NCBI GenBank assembly: GCA_005883075.1 | Contig: VBAX01000051.1 | Span: 1-58,433, forward strand | DNA length: 58,433 nucleotides | DNA from: Candidatus Bathyarchaeota archaeon | GTDB lineage: Archaea; Thermoproteota; Bathyarchaeia; 40CM-2-53-6 | Direction: 5' to 3' | Shown here: in pieces, positions 9,448 to 18,304 of the stretch | Layout: each line of letters begins with the position of its first letter | Position numbering within the stretch: the stretch's first letter is position 1 | The notes under the pieces: model-generated | Told to the model about the DNA's origin: nothing | What the model saw: only the letters and a program-made list of their open reading frames with translations | Databases searched by the model: none | Program-made: the position numbers and the translations under genes

Positions 9448-9620
9448 ACCTGTAAACCGCTTTCTGAAACGAGCATTTGAAAACGCGCTTCGAAAATCGG
9501 TCCCTGAAACTAGTTCCCGAAAAACGCCTCCGAAATTTCGAACTCTAAACACAGTTCTGAAACGACCCTCTAGAACGTCTTTCTGAACCGGCCCCTCAAA
9601 AACCGCGCATGAAAAGGGTC
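9448..9620. repeat. Degenerate ~13-bp periodic array (YYYGAAAM) in a long non-coding region
   Basis: A-tracts start at 9454, 9467, 9480, 9493, 9507, 9520, 9533, 9547, 9560, 9574, 9586, 9598, 9612. Confidence 0.65.
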
Positions 9621-9798
9621 CAAAAAACAATAGCCACGAATTTTCTAGCCCCCCGGGGCCTACCCAAGTCGCACGCCGCGCCCTCCGCGAAACACGCCTA
9701 GACCCCGCTTCAGCCCACGCTTTCCAACGCCCAACCCGGGTATCAGAACCCCTTTCTTCCCTTCTTCCCAGCACCGTTCTCCTCGAGATGAGGGACGC

Positions 9799-12423
9799 GT
9801 GGCCCAGCCTCTGCCCTACATGGCCCTGAAAGATGCGCCAGTCCAGATCCGGCGAGCCGCCACCGTCGCCCAGATCTCCATCAGCATCACACGCGCCCTC
9901 GGAATACTATTCACCACCCTAATCATAGCCACCCTCCCAACATGGGTCCCTGGCCTCCTCGCCTACCAGACAATACCAGTCGCACTCCTCGTCCTCGCGA
10001 TCGGCTCGGTCATCGTCTCACGCAAAGGCAGCAGGATAAGGGAAGAGATCGCAGAGCGACAGTTCGAAAAAGTACGCCGCAGCACCTTCGCCACCGCCAT
10101 CCTAGGATTCATAATCGGCGGCATCATACCCGGCCTACTCTACATCTACCTCTACACCCGAATAGGCAACGTCATGGTCAAACAGACCCCTGACGATCCC
10201 AGAACAGTCTACCTCCTCCCACACCCCAGCGAGGGCATCTTCCTGGGCCGCTACCTCGGATGGATCGGAGCATACCTCCTCGTCCTCTACATCGGCTACA
10301 CCCAGCTATCACCGGGCCTCCGAGAAGTAAGCGACTGGCTCTCACCAGTCCTAGGCGTCCACTTCAACACGATGATCATCGCCCTATTCCTCGTCTTCAC
10401 CAACCCGCTAACCTATCCCCCACTACTCTACCTCTGGACCTTCGCAGGATTCCTCGGCGGCCTAATCGCCGGCGGAAAAATCAGACGAGGCTTCCTAGTC
10501 GGCATGACAGTATACCTCTCAACCCTCGGAGCACTAGGACTCGCAGCCCTCGCAATCTACCAGAACGTCAACCTCTCAACACTCTCCAGCCTTCCGCCAC
10601 CACCACCAGGCTTCTCGATCATAAGCGCCACCTCAGGACCCGTAGCAGGCGACATCATCCCGATCCTCATCCAAGGCGCGTCTCCAACAACCCAGATGGT
10701 AATCCAAGACGTCATACTCACCATGATAAGAAACGCTGGCCTCGTCTTCGCTGTAGCCACAATATCCGGTCGAGCCGCCTCCCTCTTCTGGCAAGGAGAC
10801 GTTTTCATCCTCAAAACATTCTGGAAGACGATCAAGACCAGGAAACCAAATCTGCCACAGACCACTCGCACCCGCGCCATACCAAAAAAGGGAATCCTCC
10901 TGCTCGCGCTCGCAATCCTCTTCCTTATCCCAACCCAGCATACAACCCAGCCCTCAACAATCACCCAAGCACCACCAGGCGGGCCTTACCAGCAAAACCT
11001 GGCAATCGGACTGGACATGCTCGGTGCCCCCAACGCCAGTTTACGAATGACAAACCTTGACCTCTCAAGCAAAGGTCTTGTCCTCGACAACAACTACGCC
11101 GGAAACAATCTCTCCCTCTTCATAATCAACAACAATTACTCACAATCCCTCGGCACCAGTTCTGGCCTCGGAATCCCAAGCTTCATCCTCGGACTATTCT
11201 CACAGCCCGCCCTGATCACATTCTATACAGGAGACCCAGCAACGACCCGAGGAGAATCCGATAATGTTGCAGCTCAATTCGCCCAAGCCCTAGGCGTCGG
11301 CTTCACCAAAGCCTTCGCCATTCCCTCAGGCCAAGGAACTGTCACAATTTATGCGCCTAACCCTGAACTCACAAACAACGACGCCCTCACACGAGTCCTC
11401 GGGCTCCTACCCGGCTCAAGCTTCTCCACCCTCATCAAACCAGCCAATCTCCAAACCCTACAATACTTGGCCGCAGTAGGCCTCGCAAGCATAAGCCTCC
11501 CAGCCCCACTCACCCAAACGCCCACCCAAGCATTCAGCTTCATCCTCAACACCCAATTCGCACGCCAATTCTACAAAGCAGGACAACACTATCTCAGCCT
11601 GAAAACACTATTTGGATTCCAGACTGGAATCGTCGGAGACACCAACTCAAACGCCTCCATCGTCTCCATCAGTTTCCAACGAGGAACAGTTCTCTACAGC
11701 CCGCTCGGACAAGTGCCGCCCTCCAACCCAATCTACGACAACTTCACCTCGACATACATCTACAACGCCACCATAACACCGAGATCAGACTTTGCAGCGA
11801 ACTTCACCTATCCATTCGCCCCAAACATAACCATACATAAAACCGTGAACCCGCCTAGCGGACCTCTAGGGACCGCCCATAACATCGTAGTTATGATCCA
11901 GAACTTCGACAACGTTACCGTCACAAATCTCAACGTCACCGATGACGAGGCGCCATCTTCATACCAGAAGACGCTCCAGATCTCGCCCAGCGGCGTACAA
12001 ACCGGCCAATTCGCCAACTTCCCTCCAAGCCAGACACAATTCCTCAGCTATACAGCAACAACAAAAAGCAGCGGAACCTATGTTCTATCGCCGGCAATCA
12101 TCGAGTTTGTCTGGGAAGCACCGAACGGAACGCGGGTCCGATACACGGTTGCCACCGACAATCCTCTGATCTCGTCATCAAGCGGACCCTGGACACAGTT
12201 CACAAGAACGTTCACCGACCTCCAGCCCTACTCCTACCTACTTCTTCTCCCTCTTCTACTCACACCAATCATTGAAACCCTGAAACTTCTCGGCAGACAT
12301 CGGAAGAGGAAACCCGAGCCCTGGGTCAGCGCACCTATGAGACCTCAAAACACACCTCCGCCCCCGCCTGCGCAAGCAGGACCCGACAAACCCGCCGACA
12401 TGCCGAGCTCCAAAAATCCTTGA
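9799..12423 (+). CDS. Large multi-pass membrane protein with extracellular domain and C-terminal Ig-like region
   Basis: 874 aa; N-terminal TM bundle, many N-x-S/T sequons, ITIHKTVNP...NVTVTNLNVTD Ig-like segment, C-terminal TM and Pro-rich tail. Confidence 0.8.
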   Translation: MAQPLPYMALKDAPVQIRRAATVAQISISITRALGILFTTLIIATLPTWVPGLLAYQTIPVALLVLAIGSVIVSRKGSRIREEIAERQFEKVRRSTFATAILGFIIGGIIPGLLYIYLYTRIGNVMVKQTPDDPRTVYLLPHPSEGIFLGRYLGWIGAYLLVLYIGYTQLSPGLREVSDWLSPVLGVHFNTMIIALFLVFTNPLTYPPLLYLWTFAGFLGGLIAGGKIRRGFLVGMTVYLSTLGALGLAALAIYQNVNLSTLSSLPPPPPGFSIISATSGPVAGDIIPILIQGASPTTQMVIQDVILTMIRNAGLVFAVATISGRAASLFWQGDVFILKTFWKTIKTRKPNLPQTTRTRAIPKKGILLLALAILFLIPTQHTTQPSTITQAPPGGPYQQNLAIGLDMLGAPNASLRMTNLDLSSKGLVLDNNYAGNNLSLFIINNNYSQSLGTSSGLGIPSFILGLFSQPALITFYTGDPATTRGESDNVAAQFAQALGVGFTKAFAIPSGQGTVTIYAPNPELTNNDALTRVLGLLPGSSFSTLIKPANLQTLQYLAAVGLASISLPAPLTQTPTQAFSFILNTQFARQFYKAGQHYLSLKTLFGFQTGIVGDTNSNASIVSISFQRGTVLYSPLGQVPPSNPIYDNFTSTYIYNATITPRSDFAANFTYPFAPNITIHKTVNPPSGPLGTAHNIVVMIQNFDNVTVTNLNVTDDEAPSSYQKTLQISPSGVQTGQFANFPPSQTQFLSYTATTKSSGTYVLSPAIIEFVWEAPNGTRVRYTVATDNPLISSSSGPWTQFTRTFTDLQPYSYLLLLPLLLTPIIETLKLLGRHRKRKPEPWVSAPMRPQNTPPPPPAQAGPDKPADMPSSKNP

Positions 12424-12536
12424 GCAGTTTTCACAACCTGTAGAATCGCTTTTCTCAACCCAAGCACAGCCTCATCCTGTGGTCTGTTTCCCGATCTTGC
12501 CCTAGAACGGCTTCACTACCGGTGAGGTCGTTCATA

Positions 12537-12558
12537 GACCCCTTCGTTTCCACTGGAG
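12537..12558 (-). promoter_or_regulatory. ORB element (Orc1/Cdc6 recognition box)
   Basis: Minus strand CTCCAGTGGAAACGAAGGGGTC matches the archaeal ORB consensus with G-string. Confidence 0.8.
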
Positions 12559-12681
12559 CCCGTGGAAAATGACAGGATTATCAGTTGAGCATGTTCACAT
12601 ACAATATGAACAATGATGCGCGAGCCTTTTCTACATGTGAACTACGAACTGTGAATGCCACAGTTTTCTCGAGGAACAAAG

Positions 12682-13107
12682 ATGAGACCACGACGATTGA
12701 AGGTAGAATTCTACGACCAGGAAGGAGTCCGACACTCCATCGCGATCGACGGCCCTGTGACGAAGGAGAAAGTGGGTAGAATATTGGACCTGGTTGAGTT
12801 AATGTCCGGAACGCCTCAGGCGTCCGCTGCGGCCCTCGGACTGTCCCCCAGAAAATTCGACAGGCTAGCCAGCACAATCATATCCCAGCTGAAAGGAAGA
12901 GCCTTCACGTCACGCGAAGCGAGAAAAATGTTCGAGACTACCTTTGGAGAAAAGATACCTTTGAGCACGGTGTCCACCTATCTAACAAGGCTAACAGATC
13001 GCGGAGTCCTTGAGAGACGGCAGGAAAAACTTGGTTTAGCGTATCGAGTCAAGCTTGATGAGCAGAAACAGTCTCTCGCTCCTGCTCCTTTCCTTCAGCC
13101 TTCGTAA
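12682..13107 (+). CDS. Hypothetical protein with C-terminal winged HTH
   Basis: FTSREARKMFETTFGEKIPLSTVSTYLTRLTDRGVLERR; start ATG 12682 (ORF track 12655). Confidence 0.8.
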   Translation: MRPRRLKVEFYDQEGVRHSIAIDGPVTKEKVGRILDLVELMSGTPQASAAALGLSPRKFDRLASTIISQLKGRAFTSREARKMFETTFGEKIPLSTVSTYLTRLTDRGVLERRQEKLGLAYRVKLDEQKQSLAPAPFLQPS

Positions 13108-13726
13108 AGCTCTGCTTCACACGTTCCACAGTCGAGTATCGAAATGGGATCCGAGTCTGGTCCCGTCGAACATACCCCTCATCAAAGAGCTTCTTCATCA
13201 AACGAGCTGTGTGTTCCCTAGAACGTCCCACAACTCTTCCTATTTCTGGCGCCGACTTTGGCCCTTCGTCCGCCAAGAGAGTAAGCACTTGAAGCTCAGT
13301 GGGAGTAGTTATCGAGTTCAATGAGCCCGGCTGCACAACGGAAGGATCCATCCGGATTGGAGATTGAATCACGGTTGACTGTAAGCTAGGTCTTACAGGC
13401 TCCGATATCTCCTCGATCACCTTCGTTGCGGTTGAAATTGTTGCGGAAGGGTGCAGAACTGTATCAGCGACCTCCTTAATCCAGTTCAGCGACTCCCCCA
13501 GAAGCTTCTCCGTCTTTTGCAGCCGCTCAAGCAACACTAAATCGGAAAGCTTGGACTGATCACCCGAAATCTTGAGCCTTTCAACCTCAATGGCCAAGTC
13601 CCTTAGGCTCGCCTCGAAAGAGCTGAGCCTGGAAGAGAATACGTCGAAGAACAGCTTCGCAACATCCCCATTTCCAGGGGACCCCTTAACCCCCGCTCCG
13701 ATTGACCGTTTCCCTATTCCAAACAT
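13049..13726 (-). CDS. Coiled-coil + C-terminal MarR-like wHTH protein
   Basis: Heptad-like FEASLRDLAIEVERLK; TELQVLTLL...SAPEIGRVVGRSREHTARLMKKLFDEGYV; start taken at ATG 13726, just after the palindrome array. Confidence 0.8.
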   Translation of the reverse strand: MFGIGKRSIGAGVKGSPGNGDVAKLFFDVFSSRLSSFEASLRDLAIEVERLKISGDQSKLSDLVLLERLQKTEKLLGESLNWIKEVADTVLHPSATISTATKVIEEISEPVRPSLQSTVIQSPIRMDPSVVQPGSLNSITTPTELQVLTLLADEGPKSAPEIGRVVGRSREHTARLMKKLFDEGYVRRDQTRIPFRYSTVERVKQSFTKAEGKEQERETVSAHQA

Positions 13727-13730
13727 TTCT

Positions 13731-13992
13731 GTGACATCACACGATATGAACCGTGACGTCACCGTAAGCTCTACATGCGCATTTAACACTAACGATTGTG
13801 ACATTAATCCAGAGGGAACGCCATCACGAGTGATGATGTCGTGACTCCCGTGTTGCATCGTGACATCAAGCGCATGACATGTTAACTAACGTCTACTCTC
13901 AACCTCGCCAGAACGAACTCCCGATGGTAAAATTTGGAATAACGACCGTGATGTATGTGATGCCTAATCACTCGTGTGACGTCACGTATCAC
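13731..13992. repeat. Array of GTGAYRTCAC palindromic sites
   Basis: GTGACATCAC 13731, GTGACGTCAC 13753, GTGACATTAA 13798, ATGATGTCGT 13833, GTGACATCAA 13860, ATGACATGTT 13874, GTGATGTATG 13948, GTGATGCCTA 13957, GTGACGTCAC 13976. Confidence 0.8.
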
Positions 13993-14473
13993 GATTCCTT
14001 CCGAACATCGCATGAAACGCATGCTCAAGGTCATCGATTATCGAGTCCACGGTTCGCTGATAGACCTCAGGCTCGCCTTGCCCTGCGTCTCTGAGCTGGG
14101 AAGTTTGAGTTTTGAGGCGCTCTGAAGCTTCCAAAAAGGGGGCGATGCTTGGGGATTCCGTCAAGCCACAGTAGCCGAGGAGGAGAACGGTGTGAATTGC
14201 CTCCACAACATTTTCTCTCGCTTGTCTTAGGGTTCTATTGAAGGATCCGCGGCTGATTCCCTTCTCGTCCCGCCGCAATTGAGCCATATCACTGCGTGTT
14301 AGGCGTTTATTCGCCATATCATGTCCAAGCTGGTCTACCAGAAGCGTTTCGAACTGTGCTCCCGTTAGATTACTGCGCCGCAAAAGTGCTGAGAGTATTC
14401 TATCACCAAGCGTTTCCTCGATAACCGCACGCGTTCCCTCGTGCCAACCCTTTGACGTGTCAGAATTCTCCAT
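13982..14473 (-). CDS. Hypothetical protein with HTH-like segment
   Basis: SNLTGAQFETLL...LTRSDMAQLR...ISRGSFNRTLRQARENV. Confidence 0.75.
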   Translation of the reverse strand: MENSDTSKGWHEGTRAVIEETLGDRILSALLRRSNLTGAQFETLLVDQLGHDMANKRLTRSDMAQLRRDEKGISRGSFNRTLRQARENVVEAIHTVLLLGYCGLTESPSIAPFLEASERLKTQTSQLRDAGQGEPEVYQRTVDSIIDDLEHAFHAMFGRNRDT

Positions 14474-14595
14474 GGATACGGTTTTGTATCCGTCACTATT
14501 GTATCTTGCTCAGCCTCGCTTAGCAACGTTGGCAAGTTACACCACGCTTATTCCACAACTTTGACACCTTCGAATTAGTCAAACGCGGGTCTTAC

Positions 14596-15702
14596 ATGGC
14601 CACAGATGCGAGAACAGAATCAGGCAATTTGGTGGTGGACATGGTCTGTGACGTTTGCCGGGTCGAGGGATTTGAAGTTGAGAAGAACGCACAGGCAGGG
14701 GATTCGCCTACCCATTTTGTGGACATTCTCGCGTCCAGGAAGAAGGGTAAGAAGATGCAGAAAGTCGCCTTCGAATGCTGGGAAGGATCCAGTCAAGTTG
14801 AGGGACTGGAAGTCGAGAAGTTCGCGGCCCGCTTGAAAAGCCTGGGAATTCAGAGCGGAATCTACGTTTCTCCAAAAGGGTTCGGCGGCAACGCCGAATT
14901 CATGGCCCGCAAGCTCGGCGTCGAGCTTTGGGATCTGGCTAAGCTGAAGGAGAGGGTAGAAAATATCAAAGCCCCAGAGAGACACAAAGTTCCGGGAACG
15001 CTACCGGTCGCGAGAGCAGCGGCATCTCGCCTCTTGGCTCATGGCTTAGCCAACGGCACTTTCCTCAAGCTATCCTCTATGCCAAGACTTGAGTTTCGAC
15101 CGTACTTCTTTTCCAATTTCCAGATCGATAATCAACGGAAAAAACTGGCAGTGGGAGTTCTCGTGTTTGACGGTGTAGACGGTCGCGTATGCGACGCAGG
15201 TCTCTTCGAGGGACACATGGACGACCTTCCATCAACTGGGTTCTTTGTTGATTGTCTGGAGATCGAGCCGTCAATAGGTTCCATGCCGAAGCTGCCTCCT
15301 GAACTTGAGATGAAGAACACTGTTACCGTTGCGCCAGCAGGGGTAACTGAGGACATGGTCCGATCTAAAACCAAGGAAGCGGTGAGCGGTCATGGCAATG
15401 CAACCGTAACGGGGGTTCAATTGCTCCATGTTCCCATAGTGACCGTAGAGATGCTTGCTGCGGGCAAGTCCTATCGAAAGATCCTTCAGGCAGCTACGGG
15501 AGAGATGATCTGGGACGATACTCAGAAGTGTTCTCTTTGTGATCAAAAGTCCAGGGCGATATGCGAGGTCTGTGGTGGGACGGTTTGTGGTGAGCATGAG
15601 AGGACTTGCAGTTCCTGCCGCAAGCACCTTTGCACGGATTGCGTTGTGACCAAGGGGATCGTGAACAAGATTCCGCTTTGCCCGACGTGCAAGAATGCCT
15701 AG
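14596..15702 (+). CDS. Mrr-like PD-(D/E)xK nuclease domain fused to C-terminal zinc fingers
   Basis: VDILASR...VAFECW...GIYVSPKGF...ELWD resembles Mrr_cat; C-terminal run of CxxC/CxxH pairs. Confidence 0.75.
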   Translation: MATDARTESGNLVVDMVCDVCRVEGFEVEKNAQAGDSPTHFVDILASRKKGKKMQKVAFECWEGSSQVEGLEVEKFAARLKSLGIQSGIYVSPKGFGGNAEFMARKLGVELWDLAKLKERVENIKAPERHKVPGTLPVARAAASRLLAHGLANGTFLKLSSMPRLEFRPYFFSNFQIDNQRKKLAVGVLVFDGVDGRVCDAGLFEGHMDDLPSTGFFVDCLEIEPSIGSMPKLPPELEMKNTVTVAPAGVTEDMVRSKTKEAVSGHGNATVTGVQLLHVPIVTVEMLAAGKSYRKILQAATGEMIWDDTQKCSLCDQKSRAICEVCGGTVCGEHERTCSSCRKHLCTDCVVTKGIVNKIPLCPTCKNA

Positions 15703-15808
15703 AGAGGACTGGATCTCTCCTACTGCCGCGCAGGGATTCGCTCAATCTTGCTTAGTAACCACTAAGCACGCATTCTTCATCGGTTCATGATGGATAGGAA
15801 CCAGGTGG

Positions 15809-16030
15809 CTATCTAGGGATGTGGTTTTCTGCTATTGCTGCCTTGGCGAGCCGCTGTATCGTTTCCTCATGTCTGCTGATGTGAGCCATCATGTCCAACC
15901 GTAGCCTTTGCATCGCTGCTCGAGCGGCATCTCGTGCGGCCTGCTCCATCAAAGGGGTAAGCCTCTCTTCCATCCTCTTCAACAGCGCCTCTTCGAGCCG
16001 TAGAACCTCTTCTTCCCGCAATGTCTCCAT
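15809..16030 (-). CDS. Small coiled-coil protein
   Basis: 73 aa; strong SD GGAGGTGA upstream of ATG. Confidence 0.65.
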   Translation of the reverse strand: METLREEEVLRLEEALLKRMEERLTPLMEQAARDAARAAMQRLRLDMMAHISRHEETIQRLAKAAIAENHIPR

Positions 16031-16035
16031 TCAAC

Positions 16036-16281
16036 TCACCTCCTCCGAGAAGTCACAGTAGTCGACCCAATTTCGTCCATTATTGGCTCAATTTTCACGG
16101 ACTGTCGGGCGCACACCGCGCACTCCCAGACCCGGTCACAGGTGAAATTCTCGTAATTGCAACATCGCCTGCGGAAGTAATCGTTCAACTGATTCTCTCG
16201 ATTGGCCTTTTTTCCAGTCATGCCAGGCTCACCAACACAAGACCCATGAACTCTTACGTTGACTGTCCACTGCAGCCTCAA
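16036..16281 (-). CDS. Small Cys-containing hypothetical protein (start may be ATG 16221)
   Basis: CC..C..CAVC pattern; collinear with neighbours. Confidence 0.4.
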   Translation of the reverse strand: MRLQWTVNVRVHGSCVGEPGMTGKKANRENQLNDYFRRRCCNYENFTCDRVWECAVCARQSVKIEPIMDEIGSTTVTSRRR

Positions 16282-16313
16282 CGGGACGACTAAAGGCTCC
16301 TGTAACTGGAAAC

Positions 16314-16937
16314 CTAGCCAAGAGGTTCTGCAGAGAACAGGCCTCTAGCAAGTATACCCGCAACCCGCAAAGGTTCAGGCATTCGCGAGACGAATGCCGA
16401 AGCTTTCAAGATCAACCTGGTCTCACGAATTGAGCATCCGAACTGTTCAAAGAACACGGGACCTTCACTAGTTGTCCGAAGTTTGTGTATTGGGCCAAGT
16501 GATCTGATCAGTTCCCATCTCTTCTCCCAATCAGGAAAATGTTTGACCAGGGCACGCTTCACAGCCCTGTTATCCGGCCGGGAACCGACGACCACGATCA
16601 CCGGCGCCTTGCACAATTTCAGGACCTTCCAAGGGTCGATAAGATTGAATCCTCCGAAGGTCACGCCCGACAACAACACCGGAATCTTGTGGGAATCTCT
16701 GAGGAGAAACTCGGCTTTTCTAGTTGCGTCCAGCCCGTCAACTGTAATCCAGTCAGCTCTGAATTGATGAAGGTGAGGGCCTTTCAGCCAGACGGCTAGG
16801 AGAGGAGCGTGTCGGACCTTATCATCGGTTTTCGGCGGAAACGGGCCATCATCTATCCCAATACATCTAGAGACTTGTTTGATGTTTGAGGACGCTCCGT
16901 GGAACAAAGGTAAGCAACCCACGAACCATCTCGTCAA
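16314..16937 (-). CDS. DUF99 family protein (endonuclease V-like fold); start uncertain, probably near 16883
   Basis: IGIDDGPF, ITVDGLDAT, LSGVTFGGFNLID, PEPLRVA motifs. Confidence 0.88.
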   Translation of the reverse strand: MTRWFVGCLPLFHGASSNIKQVSRCIGIDDGPFPPKTDDKVRHAPLLAVWLKGPHLHQFRADWITVDGLDATRKAEFLLRDSHKIPVLLSGVTFGGFNLIDPWKVLKLCKAPVIVVVGSRPDNRAVKRALVKHFPDWEKRWELIRSLGPIHKLRTTSEGPVFFEQFGCSIRETRLILKASAFVSRMPEPLRVAGILARGLFSAEPLG

Positions 16938-18114
16938 CGTTGAATGAAGCGGTCACTGACCGAGCTTCGACGCCGAGCCGTATCTTCTTTGTTCGACCGT
17001 ACCGGCCGAAACTTACTACTCGCGCGTTTAGCACCCCCATAATGTCCAGCTCGTTGAGCAGTCCGCTAACCCTTCGCTGGGTGAGGGGTTCGACTGATCC
17101 AGCGCTGCACAGCTCGCGGTATACCTCGTATACGTCGCCTGTTACCGAACTCTCTTTCCTGGTATTCTCTAGCTGCATGACTGAGATTAGTAGGATTCGG
17201 GAGTGGAGGGGGAGGGATGATAGGGCTTCTGCCACGCGGTCATGTTCGACTTTCTGTTGTGCTTCGCGAACGTGGTTTTCGCCGACACGTAGCTCGCGTG
17301 ATCTTTCGGCAATCTCAGCGGCTACTCTGAGGAGATCGAGGGCGCGTCGTGCGTCACCGTGTTCTCCTGCGGCCAGGGCTGCGCAAAGGTGGAGAGCGCC
17401 TTCATCTAGAACTCCGGATCGGAAGGCGAGTTGTGCCCGTTCCTTTAGAATGTCATGTAGTTCGTCTGAGGTGTAGGGTTTGAACACGACTTCCTCCTCT
17501 CCTAGCGAGCTTAGGACTCTGGGGTCTAGGAAGTCTTTGAAGTGGAGGTCGTTGGATATTCCTATGAGCCCGATCCAGCCTTCGGTCAGTTTCTCGTTTA
17601 TCCTGGTTAGCTCGTAGAGTAGACTATCGTCTTCGCTTCTCTTCACCAACGCGTCTATCTCGTCCAGGACGACGAGGAATGCGGAGCCGCGTGATTGGAG
17701 AGCGCTTCTGAACCGGTCCAGAAGCTCGCCGACCGCTAGTCCAGTGAAGGGTACTTCTCGACCCAGAGATCTGCACAGATCGGCAATGACTCTGTAGTTT
17801 GTTCCTGCGAGACGGCAGTTGACGTAGCTCGTATCGAGGGCTCGTCCGTGTTCGCGAGCCTTCCGCTGTAACCGATCTAGAACGAATTTGGTCACGATTG
17901 TCTTTCCTGTTCCAGTTTTGCCGTAGGCGAAAAGGTTGGACACTCGATCTTTTGTCAGAGCTGGGGCGAGCACGGATCCGAGCCGGCGGATCTGTTCTTC
18001 TCTGTGTGGAAGGGTTGCAGGCATGTAGTCATGCCTGAGGAGGTTTCTGTCCCGGAAGACTTCTCCTCCTGACAGGACCCTTTCGAAGATGAGATCCAAT
18101 CCTTGCTGTGACAA
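16867..18114 (-). CDS. cdc6: Orc1/Cdc6 replication initiator
   Basis: LPHREEQI, Walker A GKTGTGKT, Walker B VVLDEID, GDARRALDLLR, C-terminal wH GRYGRT. Confidence 0.97.
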   Translation of the reverse strand: MSQQGLDLIFERVLSGGEVFRDRNLLRHDYMPATLPHREEQIRRLGSVLAPALTKDRVSNLFAYGKTGTGKTIVTKFVLDRLQRKAREHGRALDTSYVNCRLAGTNYRVIADLCRSLGREVPFTGLAVGELLDRFRSALQSRGSAFLVVLDEIDALVKRSEDDSLLYELTRINEKLTEGWIGLIGISNDLHFKDFLDPRVLSSLGEEEVVFKPYTSDELHDILKERAQLAFRSGVLDEGALHLCAALAAGEHGDARRALDLLRVAAEIAERSRELRVGENHVREAQQKVEHDRVAEALSSLPLHSRILLISVMQLENTRKESSVTGDVYEVYRELCSAGSVEPLTQRRVSGLLNELDIMGVLNARVVSFGRYGRTKKIRLGVEARSVTASFNVDEMVRGLLTFVPRSVLKHQTSL

Positions 18115-18146
18115 GCCTGAAACAGTCCGGTTTTCTGCGAGCTGGC

Positions 18147-18165
18147 TTCCAGTGGAATTAAGGGT
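18147..18165 (+). promoter_or_regulatory. ORB element in cdc6 promoter
   Basis: TTCCAGTGGAATTAAGGGT. Confidence 0.7.
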
Positions 18166-18280
18166 TCTCGTACAATGATTTCAACTGGACAAACCAAAAA
18201 CCCGATCATCGCTCCAAATAATTCCTGCCTAGAGACAGTTTCCCTTCAACCAGTCCTGCGTCACGAGATGCTCTGTGCAA

Positions 18281-18304
18281 TACCCCCCTCGTTTTTCTTG
18301 GGAA
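18281..18304 (-). promoter_or_regulatory. Degenerate ORB-like element
   Basis: Minus strand TTCCCAAGAAAAACGAGGGGGGTA with long G-string. Confidence 0.45.

Noticed and set aside
9066-9774. ORFs 9066-9476, 9075-9296 and 9424-9774
   Set aside because: Arg/Phe/Pro-biased translations with no motifs; better explained by the skewed, periodic non-coding DNA
9130-9790. Possible CRISPR array or structural RNA (SRP, RNase P)
   Set aside because: No identical repeats with unique spacers, no recognisable conserved RNA motifs, no cas genes in the window
10260-11060. 266-aa Pro/Arg/His-rich ORF
   Set aside because: Alternate frame of the C/A-biased membrane protein gene
13727-13858. N-terminal extension of ORF 13049-13858
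   Set aside because: It runs through the palindrome array (CDVT, HDII are motif translations); ATG 13726 is the more plausible start
16300-16313. TGTAACTGGAAAC mini-ORB-like match
   Set aside because: Partial match without a G-string; may be chance
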